From a virus (Duplodnaviria; Caudoviricetes), in the IMG/VR virus record IMGVR_UViG_3300049899_000297, positions 1-26,915 of that record: DNA of 26,915 bases; one strand, given 5' to 3'. A program made the position numbers and the translations under genes. The notes beneath the pieces are model-generated. The model did no database searches. It saw only the letters and a list, made by a program, of their open reading frames with translations, and was not told the DNA's origin. This document shows, piece after piece, positions 7,747 to 18,008 of the stretch. Each line of letters starts with the position of its first letter. The stretch's first letter is position 1.

Positions 7747-10700
7747 TTAATTCTTGATTAACTTCATTTCATCAATTTCGTTTTTCAATTCTTTAATGGA
7801 TTCTATCAAAACGGGAACTAATTTATTATAATCCACTGCTTTAAATGTTCCACTTCCCTTCAAACCATCGTATTCTTTCACAATTTCAGGAATGACTGCT
7901 TCAACTTCTTGTGCTAATACACCAACGTCATGTCCCATATCTTCTCGTTTCCAATCATACTCAACACCACGAAGTTGCATCACAGTATCTAAACCATATT
8001 TCATATCTGTAATATTCTCTTTAAGATTCATATCAGATGCTACGGTTGAAGAATAAGCGACTATATCTGCGTCTGCATGAAATGTACCACCAGCAGAGAA
8101 TCTAAATTCATCATCAACTGCATTAACCGAAACCATTATTTGATTATCTGTTGAGAAATCAAATTCATTATGTGAATCTCTACCAATTTGAAGTGCGGCG
8201 TTGTGTATACCTGTAATAGTTGTTTGTGCCGCATCAATATCTATGTCTGCGGTATTTAAAGTTAAACCATCACCTGCTGTAATTGCACTTGTAATTGTTA
8301 CTGCATCAGCACTTACTGCAGTAGTAATTCCTGTTCCACCCAATATTGAAAGTGCATCTCCTGTGGCATCTGCAGTTGCAGTTCCACTATCCGATACTAC
8401 AGTCAAGAATGTATTTTGGTCACCAGTATTTGTACCACTTGTGGCGGAAATATTATCAGCAATCGTCTTAGTAATAGCAGTTCCACCAATTGTTAATGAG
8501 GTGGCGTCAACTTCAACCTTACTTGCTGATATATAAGTAATTGAAGCACTTGTTGCTGACAATGTTGCTGTACTAGGATTGTATGTTAATGTTCCAGTAT
8601 CATCTAATAAAGCATTTGATCCATCGTGAAAAGGAACTGCAAAGGCTGTATCTGTTGTACTATCTGTAACAGTTACAGTAGCTGCCAATGTTGCATTACC
8701 TGATGTTAAACTTGCAGCCGTTCCTGTTACATTTGTCATCACACCACTTGCGGGTGTTCCCAAAGCTGGTGCTACCAAAACCATTCCACTTGCCATTGTT
8801 CCTTGAGCTACTTGAGCCGCTGGTAGTGCTGTACAGTTAGTTAATACTCCACTTGCTGGTGTTCCTAATGCAGGTGCCACTAAAACCATACCAGAAGCCA
8901 TCGTACCTTGAGCTACTTGAGCCGCGGGTAATGCTGTACAATTAGTCAATACACCACTTGCTGGTGTTCCTAATGCTGGTGTGGTTAATGTTGGTGAAGT
9001 TAAAGTTTTATTTGTTAATGTCTGTGTTTCTGTTAATTGTACAATATTACTATTTGTAATCGATGCAATTTTAGTAGATGTATCAGCATTACCAGTAACA
9101 TCTCCAGTTATATCACCTACAAACGCAGTTGATGTAATAGATGATGCTCCTGTTATTACACTACCATCTATACTAATATTGCCATCTATTAAAACAGCAG
9201 AACCTGCTGCTGGTTCAAGATTAATTGCTGCTCCAGAATCTAATGTTATTACTCCTGCTGAAGCAATCTCAGCAGTACCATCTACTGTAAATAAAAGATT
9301 TGCTGCTGCGGCTGCTGTATCAACCGTAGTGAAAGTCAAAGCACCATTGGCAGATGCTGCCATAGTAGCCGTATCACCAGATGATGGAGTCATCACAATT
9401 GAATCGTCTGTAATTACAGTAGAACCTACTGTAAAATCAGTAGTAGCATCTAATGTAGTTGCATTAACGGTTGTAAATGTAGCTGCGGCTGCTGCAGCTG
9501 CCCCAATAATAACACCATCCATTGCTCCATCTCCACCCGAATCATCAATATCAATGTTTGCAGTAGCAGTTAAATCTGTAAATGTACCAGCTGCGGGTGT
9601 AGTGCCACCAATGGCTCCTGGTATTGCCATAGTTTTACCAGCAACAGTAGCTGCGTTAAGATTAGCAACTACAGTTGTTGATTGAACTGTTAATGGTGCA
9701 GTACCTGTTGTAGTACTTGAATGGAATTGAGGTGCTCCTAAATCTACACTTGAGGTTAAAGTTGTATCACTATGTCGATACGCTAACTGAGCTACAGATG
9801 CATCAAGACCAAAATTTAATCCTGCTCCATCCATTGTTGCAGAACTTGTACTTCCACTAGCAATCGTAATATTTTTGTCTGCTACATTTAATGTAGTGGC
9901 ATCAACCGTTACAGTAGAGCCATTTACGGTAAAATCTCCTCCGACCGTCACTCCACCAGCAAATGAACTATTTCCAGTTGATGTAATTGCTCCACAACCA
10001 ACTGTTCCGATAGTAGCTATGTTTTTACTACCATCTAGTACTAATGCTTTACTCGCCGCGGCGGTTCCAGCAGTCACACTATCCAAAACACCTAACTCTG
10101 CAGTTGTTAAAGTCGTAGTATCAAGTGTTAATGAAGTATCTCCTGTAATTGTTCCTGTTACTGCTAAATTACCTGATGTAGTTATTGCTCCACATCCAAT
10201 CGTTCCGATAGTAGCTATGTTTTTACTACCATCTAGTACTAATGCTTTACTCGCCGCGGCGGTTCCAGCAGTTACACCATCCAAAACCCCTAACTCAGCG
10301 GTTGTCCAAGTCGTAGAATCAAGTGTTAATGAAGTATCTCCTGTGATTGTACCTGTTACTGCTAAATTGCCAGTTGAAGTTATTGCTCCACAACCAATTG
10401 TAGTAGCAGTAATTGCACGGGCTGTGTCAGCACCAAGTATACCATCAATGTTAGTACCAATTAAATCTGTCGATGTAATAGATGTTGCTCCTGTTACTAC
10501 ACCAGCATCTACAACAATCGCTCCATCAAGAACAATTTGTTGTCCTGCTAATGGTGTAATATTTAAATCTGTTCCAGCAGTTGAAGATATGGTATTTCCA
10601 TTTATAGTAATATTGTCAACAGATAAGGTAGTTAAAGTTCCAAGTGAAGTAATTGCAGATTGTGCTGCTTGTGTAACTGTTAATGCTGTTCCACTTGTAT

Positions 10701-11508
10701 TACCAGTAACATCACCTGTTATATCACCTACAAAAGCGGTAGATGTAATAGATGTTGCTCCTGTTACTACACCAGAATCAACTTGAATGACATCATCGAG
10801 TTTGATGTGAGAACCCCCGGCTGGTTCAAGAGCAATATTACCACCTGAATCTAATGTCATTAGTCCTGCTGAATTAATATCTACTGTACCATCTGCTGTA
10901 ATTGTTATGTTTGCTGCTGCGGCTGCATCATCAACTGTAGTAATAGCCAATGCACCATTGGTAGCTCCACTAAAAGTAATCGTATCACTTGTTGATGGTG
11001 TCATCACAATTGAGTCGTCTGTAATAACCGTTGAACCTATTGTAAAATCTGTTGTGGCGTCAATTGTTGTACCAGTTATAGCAGCTGCGGCAAAAGTACC
11101 GCCTGCAACTGTAATTGTATTAGCACTATGTGTAAGAGTTACATCACCACCATCTAAATTAATAACTCCCCCACTACCTAAATGTAAATCATTCCATCCT
11201 TGAGCAGTTGAACCTAAATCATAAGTAGCGTCTGCGTTTGGTATTAAATGTGAAGTTAAATCAGCAGTTATAGAAACTGAATCTGATGCCGAATCTCCAA
11301 AAGTCATGTTTCCACCAAATGATACCGAACCACTAAAATGTGAGTCTCCAGATCCTTCAAACCTACCAAATGATGCAGTTGATGCTGCACTTGCACTTAA
11401 AATATTTGTAGATTGGCTGATAGTCATAAAGTTAGCAGAAGTCTCTACTCCTATACCTTTATTATCATGTAAATCTGCGCCTGTTAAACTACTATGTGTT
11501 TTTGCCAT
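7747..11508 (-). CDS. Long tail fibre / appendage protein with C-terminal intramolecular chaperone (Peptidase_S74), 1253 aa
   Basis: T/G/A/S-rich repetitive shaft. C-terminal SDMNLKENI...[15 protein letters not shown]...[17 protein letters not shown] at 7747-8037. Confidence 0.9.
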   Translation of the reverse strand: MAKTHSSLTGADLHDNKGIGVETSANFMTISQSTNILSASAASTASFGRFEGSGDSHFSGSVSFGGNMTFGDSASDSVSITADLTSHLIPNADATYDLGSTAQGWNDLHLGSGGVINLDGGDVTLTHSANTITVAGGTFAAAAITGTTIDATTDFTIGSTVITDDSIVMTPSTSDTITFSGATNGALAITTVDDAAAAANITITADGTVDINSAGLMTLDSGGNIALEPAGGSHIKLDDVIQVDSGVVTGATSITSTAFVGDITGDVTGNTSGTALTVTQAAQSAITSLGTLTTLSVDNITINGNTISSTAGTDLNITPLAGQQIVLDGAIVVDAGVVTGATSITSTDLIGTNIDGILGADTARAITATTIGCGAITSTGNLAVTGTITGDTSLTLDSTTWTTAELGVLDGVTAGTAAASKALVLDGSKNIATIGTIGCGAITTSGNLAVTGTITGDTSLTLDTTTLTTAELGVLDSVTAGTAAASKALVLDGSKNIATIGTVGCGAITSTGNSSFAGGVTVGGDFTVNGSTVTVDATTLNVADKNITIASGSTSSATMDGAGLNFGLDASVAQLAYRHSDTTLTSSVDLGAPQFHSSTTTGTAPLTVQSTTVVANLNAATVAGKTMAIPGAIGGTTPAAGTFTDLTATANIDIDDSGGDGAMDGVIIGAAAAAAATFTTVNATTLDATTDFTVGSTVITDDSIVMTPSSGDTATMAASANGALTFTTVDTAAAAANLLFTVDGTAEIASAGVITLDSGAAINLEPAAGSAVLIDGNISIDGSVITGASSITSTAFVGDITGDVTGNADTSTKIASITNSNIVQLTETQTLTNKTLTSPTLTTPALGTPASGVLTNCTALPAAQVAQGTMASGMVLVAPALGTPASGVLTNCTALPAAQVAQGTMASGMVLVAPALGTPASGVMTNVTGTAASLTSGNATLAATVTVTDSTTDTAFAVPFHDGSNALLDDTGTLTYNPSTATLSATSASITYISASKVEVDATSLTIGGTAITKTIADNISATSGTNTGDQNTFLTVVSDSGTATADATGDALSILGGTGITTAVSADAVTITSAITAGDGLTLNTADIDIDAAQTTITGIHNAALQIGRDSHNEFDFSTDNQIMVSVNAVDDEFRFSAGGTFHADADIVAYSSTVASDMNLKENITDMKYGLDTVMQLRGVEYDWKREDMGHDVGVLAQEVEAVIPEIVKEYDGLKGSGTFKAVDYNKLVPVLIESIKELKNEIDEMKLIKN
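8731..8979 (-). repeat. 105-nt (35-aa) tandem repeat, about 2.4 copies
   Basis: [35 protein letters not shown] twice (8875-8979, 8770-8874) plus a partial third copy. Confidence 0.92.
9088..11061 (-). repeat. Dispersed 363-nt (121-aa) internal duplication; copies at 9088-9450 and 10699-11061
   Basis: Both copies run [23 protein letters not shown]...[18 protein letters not shown] with no indels. Confidence 0.88.
9974..10400 (-). repeat. 198-nt (66-aa) tandem repeat, about 2.1 copies
   Basis: Unit [26 protein letters not shown]...[17 protein letters not shown]. Positions 10004-10074 and 10202-10272 are identical over 71 nt. Confidence 0.92.
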
Positions 11509-11520
11509 TGTTCTTTCCCT

Positions 11521-11895
11521 TTAATTAGCTACTAATAATTCGCCATCATCATTTGTTATAGTTGTAAAATCTATTATTGAGGTACTAGAACTATCCACCA
11601 CCATCTTCTCTATCAATCCTGGAATTGTAAATCCTGCTTCCTGAATTGTGCCATCTACACTTAAAGACCCAGTAACCTGTACTGTATTTGTGGTAGCTTG
11701 GATTGAACCTGTTGCTGCAAATATACCAGCTTCGATTCCAGTCAAATTACTTCCATCACCTTGATAAGACCCTGTAAAGGATCCTGTTAAATGTGAAGCT
11801 CCTACTGCCGATGCATTTGAAATCGTCCCACTTGTAGATAAAGACGAAACAATAGCATCTGAACCAGAGATTATGACTTTTTTCCAATTTGGCAT
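11521..11895 (-). CDS. Small fibre/adaptor protein (124 aa) with WKKVxxSGS N-terminus
   Basis: Shares SHLTGSFTGSxxGDGSNLTG with the 730-aa protein and GIFxxTGSxxxTTNxxQVTGSL with the 787-aa protein. Confidence 0.8.
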   Translation of the reverse strand: MPNWKKVIISGSDAIVSSLSTSGTISNASAVGASHLTGSFTGSYQGDGSNLTGIEAGIFAATGSIQATTNTVQVTGSLSVDGTIQEAGFTIPGLIEKMVVDSSSTSIIDFTTITNDDGELLVAN

Positions 11896-11913
11896 TTATT
11901 CTTCCCTCAATCG

Positions 11914-11970
11914 CGGTTGGTTACTCTTTCGAGCCCACTTCCCATCATCTGCCAAGAGACGGGCCAACCA
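11914..11970 (-). ncRNA. Putative structured cis-acting RNA (three-way junction with GAAA tetraloop), family unrecognised
   Basis: P1 GGUUGG/CCAACC; P2 CCCGUCUCU-UGGC-AGAUGAUGGG; linker AAGUGG; P3 GCUC-GAAA-GAGU. GC-rich island in otherwise very AT-rich intergenic DNA. Confidence 0.55.
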
Positions 11971-12267
11971 TTAAGCGTCATCTTCTTTATTTCTTATCCA
12001 AAGCTCTCCCTCTTTTTCTTTGAGGGCCGATTTGGCTCTTTCTTTTACTTCTTCTTCAATCGACATTGTTTTCTTGACATCCCATATAGGTTTATCAATT
12101 AATTTATATTGATTTCTCAATTTAATCACAACATCCATTGCCTGTTGTAAAAATTTACCTGGAATCATTGATTCTTGTATTAAAGTTAACAAAAATTCAA
12201 TTTCCGTTTTACCGAACTTGGCTGCTTCATCAACCAATACTCGGGTTTTACCTGATTTGAACGCCAT
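11971..12267 (-). CDS. Hypothetical charged helical protein (98 aa)
   Basis: ATG with GAGG SD. Composition unlike the fibres (EIEFLLTLIQES...VIKLRNQY), so probably non-structural or a chaperone. Confidence 0.75.
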   Translation of the reverse strand: MAFKSGKTRVLVDEAAKFGKTEIEFLLTLIQESMIPGKFLQQAMDVVIKLRNQYKLIDKPIWDVKKTMSIEEEVKERAKSALKEKEGELWIRNKEDDA

Positions 12268-12291
12268 TTATGACCTCTATTTTATATAATT

Positions 12292-14484
12292 TTAACTAAA
12301 AATCCAAATAGTTCCATCTGTATTTATTGCCATTTCTCCAGCTCCATACTCTTTATCACCTGATACTGGATCATCATTATCACCTAACTGTTTAACAGTA
12401 ACTACATGTTCTAATGCGGTTACTGCGGTAGCAGAAGATGCAATACCTTTAGCTACTGACCATCTGTTATCTCCAGTATCATGATATATCGCTGAACCAC
12501 TATCGACTGAAGCACCTTCTTGTACAATCAAACCACCATCTACATTTGAAGCCGCTGAACCAGTTGCCGTGAATATAAAAGCATCTTGTACTGCCAAATT
12601 CGTAGTTGCTAATGTTGTAGTTGTACCATTTACGGTTAAATCACCCTCTATCGTTGCATTTGCACTTACAGTCAATGTGCCTGCTGCTACTGTTCCTGAT
12701 GTTGTAATACCGGAAGCACCATTATTAATAGCTCCAAAATTAGTTGTAATCGAACCCGCATCTAATGCGCCTGCGGTAGTTAGATTCGCTAATGTTGTCA
12801 AACTAGTGTTAGTTGCTGCTAGAGTTAATGCTCCACCTCCTGCTATTGAAGCTTCACTAGAAACATTTCCAAAAATTGCATCTTCGAAATTACTTGTGGT
12901 TATGCCAGCAATTGCTGTTCCGGATGTATCATATAGAAACACCTTATCATCTTGAGCAAAATCGGTAAGTGTAATTCCTTCTGTTGTCCAAGACAGTTTA
13001 TCAAGATCAATTGCTGCACCTGATGCTACTGAAGCATTAACAACTGCATTAGCTGCTAATTCATCTGCTCCAATTGCGTCATCTGCCATTAATGCATTTG
13101 TAATTTGTTGATTACCAATATGTGCTGTATCTATTGAAGCATCTACATAAGAATCACTATCAATAGAATTTGCTGACATATGAGCTGCATCTACTGCACC
13201 AGCTGCCAATTCATCACTATCTACTGCATCGTCTGCTAACATAGAATTTTCAACTGATCCTGCTTGTATAGTTGCTGCACCACCACCTGCTATTGCTATA
13301 TCACCAGTAATATCTGCAAAAATACTATCTTGCATATTACTAAATGTAATACTCTTTTCAGTTCCATTATCAGATATTAAGAATTTATCTTGTGTTTGAT
13401 GTATTGTTGCTGCACCATAAGCATTTAAACTATCAATATCTTGAGAAACTCCTGTCAAATTACTACCATCTCCAACAAATGAACCAGTAAATGAACCAGT
13501 TAAATGTGAAGATCCTACTTCAGAATAATTTGTTAAAGTAGTTGTGGTTGTCGCAGCTAGTCTTGCCGATGCTGAAACGGTAGCACCAATGGATGTTCCA
13601 TCAATATTTCCACCATTAATATCTACTGTAGTAAGTGTAGAAGTTCCTGTAGCAGTAATTGCATCTATATACCCTGCATCAATATGAGCTTCTGCGAATT
13701 GTAATGCAGAAGTTCCTAAATCAATAGCACTGTCAGACTTGGGAACAAAATCTCCAACCCATCTACCAGTATTTGTAATATCATCACCTGTAGCATTTCC
13801 AAGAGTAACTGCTCCATTAAGAGTTGTCGCACCTGACACATCCAACGCAGCATTAACATCAAGCGTTGTAGCATTGATATTAACATCGGTTGTGGCAGCT
13901 ATATCTAAATCTGCGGCACTTGAAGCACCAATATATTGTGAAGAATCATTAAATTGTATTCTGTTTGTGGAATTCAAAAGAACTCCTGTATCAGCAACGT
14001 GAGTTAATGTAACATCTTGGTCTGCACCAAGATTAATAACTGCACCGTCTGCTAAAAATAAATCTGAAAATTCTAAAGCTGATGTTCCTAAAGCTGCACC
14101 GTCCGATGCATCAGGAGCAAAAGCTGTTGTTGCTGTAATAGTTGTACCTTGAACTGTTCCTGTAGAGGTAATATTACCAGAACCAATTGTTCCTAATCCT
14201 GTTACATTTCCACTCGTATCAAAGGTATAATTACCATCGGAAAGTGTTCCTGTTATTGTTATATTTCGTACTCCGGAAGCAATATCTGCATTTCCATCAA
14301 GAACAAGTGCTTTATTAGCGGCACCCGCTCCATTAGTTATACCATCTATTTTTTCAAAATCGGCTTCATTAATATCCGCACTTCCAATTACAAAACTAGT
14401 TCCTGCGGTTATGGCTGCATCACTAGTTACAGTTGATAATACTGCTGCGCTTCCTGATACTAGTACTTTTCTCCATTGTGCCAT
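12292..14484 (-). CDS. Fibre / appendage protein (730 aa)
   Basis: MAQWRKVLVSGS start, ANKALVLD and DLGTSALQF motifs, a 10-residue periodic stretch at about 13020-13260, and IEGDLTVNGTTTT. AGGAG SD. Confidence 0.85.
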   Translation of the reverse strand: MAQWRKVLVSGSAAVLSTVTSDAAITAGTSFVIGSADINEADFEKIDGITNGAGAANKALVLDGNADIASGVRNITITGTLSDGNYTFDTSGNVTGLGTIGSGNITSTGTVQGTTITATTAFAPDASDGAALGTSALEFSDLFLADGAVINLGADQDVTLTHVADTGVLLNSTNRIQFNDSSQYIGASSAADLDIAATTDVNINATTLDVNAALDVSGATTLNGAVTLGNATGDDITNTGRWVGDFVPKSDSAIDLGTSALQFAEAHIDAGYIDAITATGTSTLTTVDINGGNIDGTSIGATVSASARLAATTTTTLTNYSEVGSSHLTGSFTGSFVGDGSNLTGVSQDIDSLNAYGAATIHQTQDKFLISDNGTEKSITFSNMQDSIFADITGDIAIAGGGAATIQAGSVENSMLADDAVDSDELAAGAVDAAHMSANSIDSDSYVDASIDTAHIGNQQITNALMADDAIGADELAANAVVNASVASGAAIDLDKLSWTTEGITLTDFAQDDKVFLYDTSGTAIAGITTSNFEDAIFGNVSSEASIAGGGALTLAATNTSLTTLANLTTAGALDAGSITTNFGAINNGASGITTSGTVAAGTLTVSANATIEGDLTVNGTTTTLATTNLAVQDAFIFTATGSAASNVDGGLIVQEGASVDSGSAIYHDTGDNRWSVAKGIASSATAVTALEHVVTVKQLGDNDDPVSGDKEYGAGEMAINTDGTIWIFS

Positions 14485-14525
14485 TTAATTTCTCCTATAT
14501 AAACTTTACAGTTTATTGTTCATTA

Positions 14526-14533
14526 ATAAATAT
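14526..14533 (-). promoter_or_regulatory. Candidate late promoter motif ATATTTAT
   Basis: About 42 nt upstream of the 730-aa gene. Confidence 0.55.
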
Positions 14534-14560
14534 AATCTTTTTAAATATTCTTTTCTTCTA

Positions 14561-14579
14561 TTCCACTTTTCTTTTACTA
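14561..14579. repeat. 19-bp intergenic site TTCCACTTTTCTTTTACTA (copy 1)
   Basis: Exact reverse complement of 22217-22235. A 14/15 match occurs at 17959-17973. Confidence 0.8.
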
Positions 14580-14583
14580 ACAT

Positions 14584-15297
14584 CTAACTTGCACTCCCAA
14601 AAGTCTCATATCCAAGAAACCATTGGTCAGATCCTGAATAAAACAGTCCACCTGTTACTGCAGTTGGTGTTGTATCTCTAGCTGCCATAATAACTACTGA
14701 ATCTTGTACTCTAAACACTATATCATCATCAGTATTAGTTATAGAAAATAAATCACCTGAGCCTGAAGTTGCTTTAAAAGACCAACTCGACCCTGTAAGT
14801 TCATTTGCTCCTAATGTCTCAGTCCAAGTTGTACTTCCATATGTAAATGCATCTGTAACTGCTAATGTATCTATATTTGCAGTTCCATCCACATATAAAT
14901 CTTTCCATTCTTTTGTGCTGCTACCCAAATCATATGCATCATCTGATGTTGGTACAGTATCGTTCAATGTTAATGTAGCAGATAAATTTCCGTCAATCGT
15001 CGCATCACCTGTAATTTTTAAAGATGAACCACTTACTGGAAACATTGAATGGTCAGATGAATCTGCATCAAATATAATTGCTTCTCCAGCATCAGTAGTT
15101 AAAGCATTTGACCCTAGAACGTTATAAGAATCTGAATGTACTACAAGACCTTCTAATATTGTTGGTATAAGGGAATTTAATCTCTCTTTTATAATACCAT
15201 CTACATCAATTGATCCTGTTATTTCTGAGCCACCACTTGTGATAGTGACTTTACTATCAAATCGTTCCTGACCAATATATTTTATTCCACCAGCCAT
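14584..15297 (-). CDS. Fibre-like virion protein (237 aa)
   Basis: VPTSDDAYDLGSSTKEWKDLYVDG motif shared with the other fibres. C-terminal PTAVTGGLFYSGSDQWFLG. Confidence 0.8.
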   Translation of the reverse strand: MAGGIKYIGQERFDSKVTITSGGSEITGSIDVDGIIKERLNSLIPTILEGLVVHSDSYNVLGSNALTTDAGEAIIFDADSSDHSMFPVSGSSLKITGDATIDGNLSATLTLNDTVPTSDDAYDLGSSTKEWKDLYVDGTANIDTLAVTDAFTYGSTTWTETLGANELTGSSWSFKATSGSGDLFSITNTDDDIVFRVQDSVVIMAARDTTPTAVTGGLFYSGSDQWFLGYETFGSAS

Positions 15298-15298
15298 A

Positions 15299-15625
15299 TT
15301 ATGTTATCTCCAAAACACTCGCAAACGCTTCAATATCTCCGTTTGCTGATGCTTGTGTTTCTAATTTATCTCCAGCTCCTAAATTGATTGGTTTTTCAAT
15401 TATTACAGTTGAGTCTGCAGGTATATTTACAGTCTTTAACAAATATACTCTACCTTCAAAATTAGCACTTCCACTAACACTTAAATTTATAGTTGCAGAA
15501 TTTGTACCATCAATATTACTTAAATACATTGCATGTATTACTGCTGTTGTCGCTGATGGACAAGTATACATCGCTTGTAATGTTGTACTTGAGCCAGTTG
15601 CTGCATTTTTAAATGTATTAGCCAT
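15299..15625 (-). CDS. Small beta-rich virion structural / fibre-associated protein (108 aa)
   Basis: MANTFKN...YTCPSATTAVI...SNIDG...IPADST...LGAGDKL...SVLEIT pattern, which I recognise as common in aquatic phage fibre loci. AGGAG SD. Confidence 0.75.
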   Translation of the reverse strand: MANTFKNAATGSSTTLQAMYTCPSATTAVIHAMYLSNIDGTNSATINLSVSGSANFEGRVYLLKTVNIPADSTVIIEKPINLGAGDKLETQASANGDIEAFASVLEIT

Positions 15626-15638
15626 TTATAATCTCCTA

Positions 15639-15926
15639 TTATCCAAAAACTATTCCAAACACTACCGCATTTGGATCTGACACGTTTGTTAATGCTGATC
15701 CATCACCACTAAATTTTGATGCGGTAACATCGCCTGTTAATTCTATCGATCCTGTTGTTTGTGAACTTGTTGTTAATATTGTTTGTATTGTTGCAGATCC
15801 ATCATTTTTTTCAAAAAAAAGCTTTCCATCAGCAGTATTCATAGCAAGTTCACCTAATTCTAAATTGCCTGTAGAAGGAACTGCCTTTGAAGTGGAGCTT
15901 CTTTTTAGTTTTATCACCTGTGCCAT
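15639..15926 (-). CDS. Small fibre adaptor (95 aa) with Mtd/hyaluronidase-N-like head
   Basis: MAQVIKLKRS...P...LELGELAMNTADGKLF head, SKFSGDGSALTN, hydrophobic tail AVVFGIVFG. Coupled to the upstream gene by TAATG. Confidence 0.78.
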   Translation of the reverse strand: MAQVIKLKRSSTSKAVPSTGNLELGELAMNTADGKLFFEKNDGSATIQTILTTSSQTTGSIELTGDVTASKFSGDGSALTNVSDPNAVVFGIVFG

Positions 15927-16168
15927 TAATAAGATCCTCCATCTATTAAAGTACTTACAATTAAGTTTCCACTTGTATCATACCCTGGTATTCCAGTTAT
16001 TTCTGTTGCCGCGGTACTCGAAGATAAATATCCAAACTCTTTATCAGAGTTATTAGCAAACACAAATAAACTTCCACTTGATGCTACTTTAGTAGCTCCC
16101 TGTTGGACAAACAAAGAAGATAGTTTAGCTTCGCTTCCAGATACTATGACTTTTTTCCAATTAGCCAT
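15926..16168 (-). CDS. Mini fibre adaptor (80 aa)
   Basis: WKKVIVSGS head. The remainder aligns by eye with the last ~60 aa of the 589-aa protein and ends IDGGSY. TAATG overlaps on both sides. Confidence 0.78.
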   Translation of the reverse strand: MANWKKVIVSGSEAKLSSLFVQQGATKVASSGSLFVFANNSDKEFGYLSSSTAATEITGIPGYDTSGNLIVSTLIDGGSY

Positions 16169-17937
16169 TAGAATGTACCTCCATCAATTACTGAACTAAC
16201 GGTTAAATTTCCATTACTTGCGTTATATCCAACTAATCCAGTAGTTACTGCTGATGTATCAGCAGATGACATATATCCCACTTGAGTACTTGAAGGAACC
16301 TGAAAAGCTACAGAACTACCTGATGCTACACTTGCTCCAGTACTTACAAAAACTGAACCAGTTACATGAGTAGATACACTCATATTTACTGTCGAACCAT
16401 CATCTGTAATATTTGCTGAAGATTCTAATCTACCATTACCATCCACAATTACAGGTCTATTTTCTGTTAAATCTGAAAGTCCCGATTGTACTGGGTGTCT
16501 ATAATGTGTTGAACCACTAATTCCACTATACCAATAATCATTGGTTGCGTTCCATAATAATGATCCTGTATGTGCTGTACTTACTGCGTCTATAACTTGT
16601 ATACCACTATCTACCGCTCCTCCAGCTGCGTTTAATGTTATTATATTGTCCCCAATATTAACTACTGTAGAGTCAACCGTTGTCGTAGTTCCTGACACGG
16701 TTAAATTGCCTGTGATCGAAGCGTTTCCTCCGACATTTAAATTTTCAACTATACCTACACCACCATCAACAACCAAAGCACCTGTACTAGTTGTTGTTGA
16801 AGTTGTTGTATTGGCTACTTCTACTTGTCCATCGTGTCTAACATAACCATCAAATTCTACATCTGGGTCTCCTGTTGATCCCCCAGTTGATGCAAACAAA
16901 GTATCTCGCGCGGTATCAATAGTAATAACTGAAGTACCATTTTCTTTTAAATCTACCCCAGTTAAACCTTCTAATGTTAATGCTCCTGCAGAAGTTGTAA
17001 AACTAGACGCTGCTCCAGCATCAATCGTAACTCCACTAGCTCCAGCATTAATATCTACTAAAATTGCATTTAATTCTACTTCAGTTCTAGTACCAGTATC
17101 TCCACCTACTGTAATCTTTTGTCCAACTGAATCACCACCAATACTAATTGCTGCTGCTGAAGAATCTATTGTAACTGCTCCACCAGCATCTACATCTACT
17201 GTACTAGATGGTGTCATTGAAATAGTTGTCATTCCTGTTTCAGATAATGCTCCACCGCCAGAAAATTCCCAGGTTCCAGTATCATCACCGAATGATGCTC
17301 CTGCATTACCTTTTGCACTTAAAGTTGTAGTAGCAGTAATTGCAGTTGTAGTAGTACTATTAAATATATTTGTTGTAGTACTCTCAATAATATGCGGACC
17401 ACCACTTGCTGATATAGAACCACTTAAATATAATGTATCCCACCTTTGACTATCACTACCTAAATTATATGTATCACTTGCATTAGGTACAATATTTGAA
17501 GTTACATCTGCGGCAAAAGATACTGAATCAGTAGCCGCATCTCCAAGTGTTAGATTTCCACCAACTGTAAGATTTCCTGTAATCTCTAAAGAACCTGTAA
17601 TAGCTCTGCCAGCTATAGCCCCAGTTAAATCTAAATCTGTATTTCCAGCGGAATTTAATCTATAAAGTTTATAATTATCTGAATCGTAATGAATCAAATC
17701 ATTAAAATTTGATCCACCAGTAATTCCACCTAAATTTGGTACGGCGGTACCATAAGATAACCTAGAAACGGGCAATCTATTAGTACCATCAGTATGTCCT
17801 ACTACTAATGCAGATTTTAATGCTGCGTCACCAATATTAGCTACTGAACTAGTAACTACACCAATTTCACCATTATTTAGATTCACACCGCTTAAATTTG
17901 CCAGTGTTCCTCTTCGATGTTTAATGATCTGTGCCAT
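16168..17937 (-). CDS. Fibre / appendage protein (589 aa)
   Basis: MAQIIKHRRG...LNNGEIG head, IVPNASDTYNLGS, STTTSTGALVVDGGVGI, GDNIITLN, C-terminal IDGGTF. AGGAG SD. Confidence 0.85.
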   Translation of the reverse strand: MAQIIKHRRGTLANLSGVNLNNGEIGVVTSSVANIGDAALKSALVVGHTDGTNRLPVSRLSYGTAVPNLGGITGGSNFNDLIHYDSDNYKLYRLNSAGNTDLDLTGAIAGRAITGSLEITGNLTVGGNLTLGDAATDSVSFAADVTSNIVPNASDTYNLGSDSQRWDTLYLSGSISASGGPHIIESTTTNIFNSTTTTAITATTTLSAKGNAGASFGDDTGTWEFSGGGALSETGMTTISMTPSSTVDVDAGGAVTIDSSAAAISIGGDSVGQKITVGGDTGTRTEVELNAILVDINAGASGVTIDAGAASSFTTSAGALTLEGLTGVDLKENGTSVITIDTARDTLFASTGGSTGDPDVEFDGYVRHDGQVEVANTTTSTTTSTGALVVDGGVGIVENLNVGGNASITGNLTVSGTTTTVDSTVVNIGDNIITLNAAGGAVDSGIQVIDAVSTAHTGSLLWNATNDYWYSGISGSTHYRHPVQSGLSDLTENRPVIVDGNGRLESSANITDDGSTVNMSVSTHVTGSVFVSTGASVASGSSVAFQVPSSTQVGYMSSADTSAVTTGLVGYNASNGNLTVSSVIDGGTF

Positions 17938-17972
17938 TAAATTTTTCTCCTAGAAAGTACTTTTCTTCTACT

Positions 17973-17980
17973 ATAAATAT
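17973..17980 (-). promoter_or_regulatory. Candidate late promoter motif ATATTTAT
   Basis: About 36 nt upstream of the 589-aa gene, abutting a partial copy of the 19-bp site. Confidence 0.55.
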
Positions 17981-18008
17981 GACATTTATTTAATTTTAGT
18001 GTGTTCAT

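Noticed and set aside
7747-11508. Diversity-generating retroelement TR/VR pair among the fibre repeats
   Set aside because: The repeats are in-frame tandem units with mixed, largely synonymous differences rather than adenine-specific ones, and there is no reverse transcriptase in the window.
11920-11955. Hammerhead ribozyme-like words (CAGAUGA...GAAA) in the structured element
   Set aside because: The core requires CUGANGA. Here it is CAGAUGA, paired within a stem, and GAAA forms a tetraloop rather than a core junction.
14499-14516. Small hairpin ATAAACT-TTAC-AGTTTAT before the 730-aa gene SD
   Set aside because: Weak, almost all-AT stem that does not cover the SD; too unstable to call.
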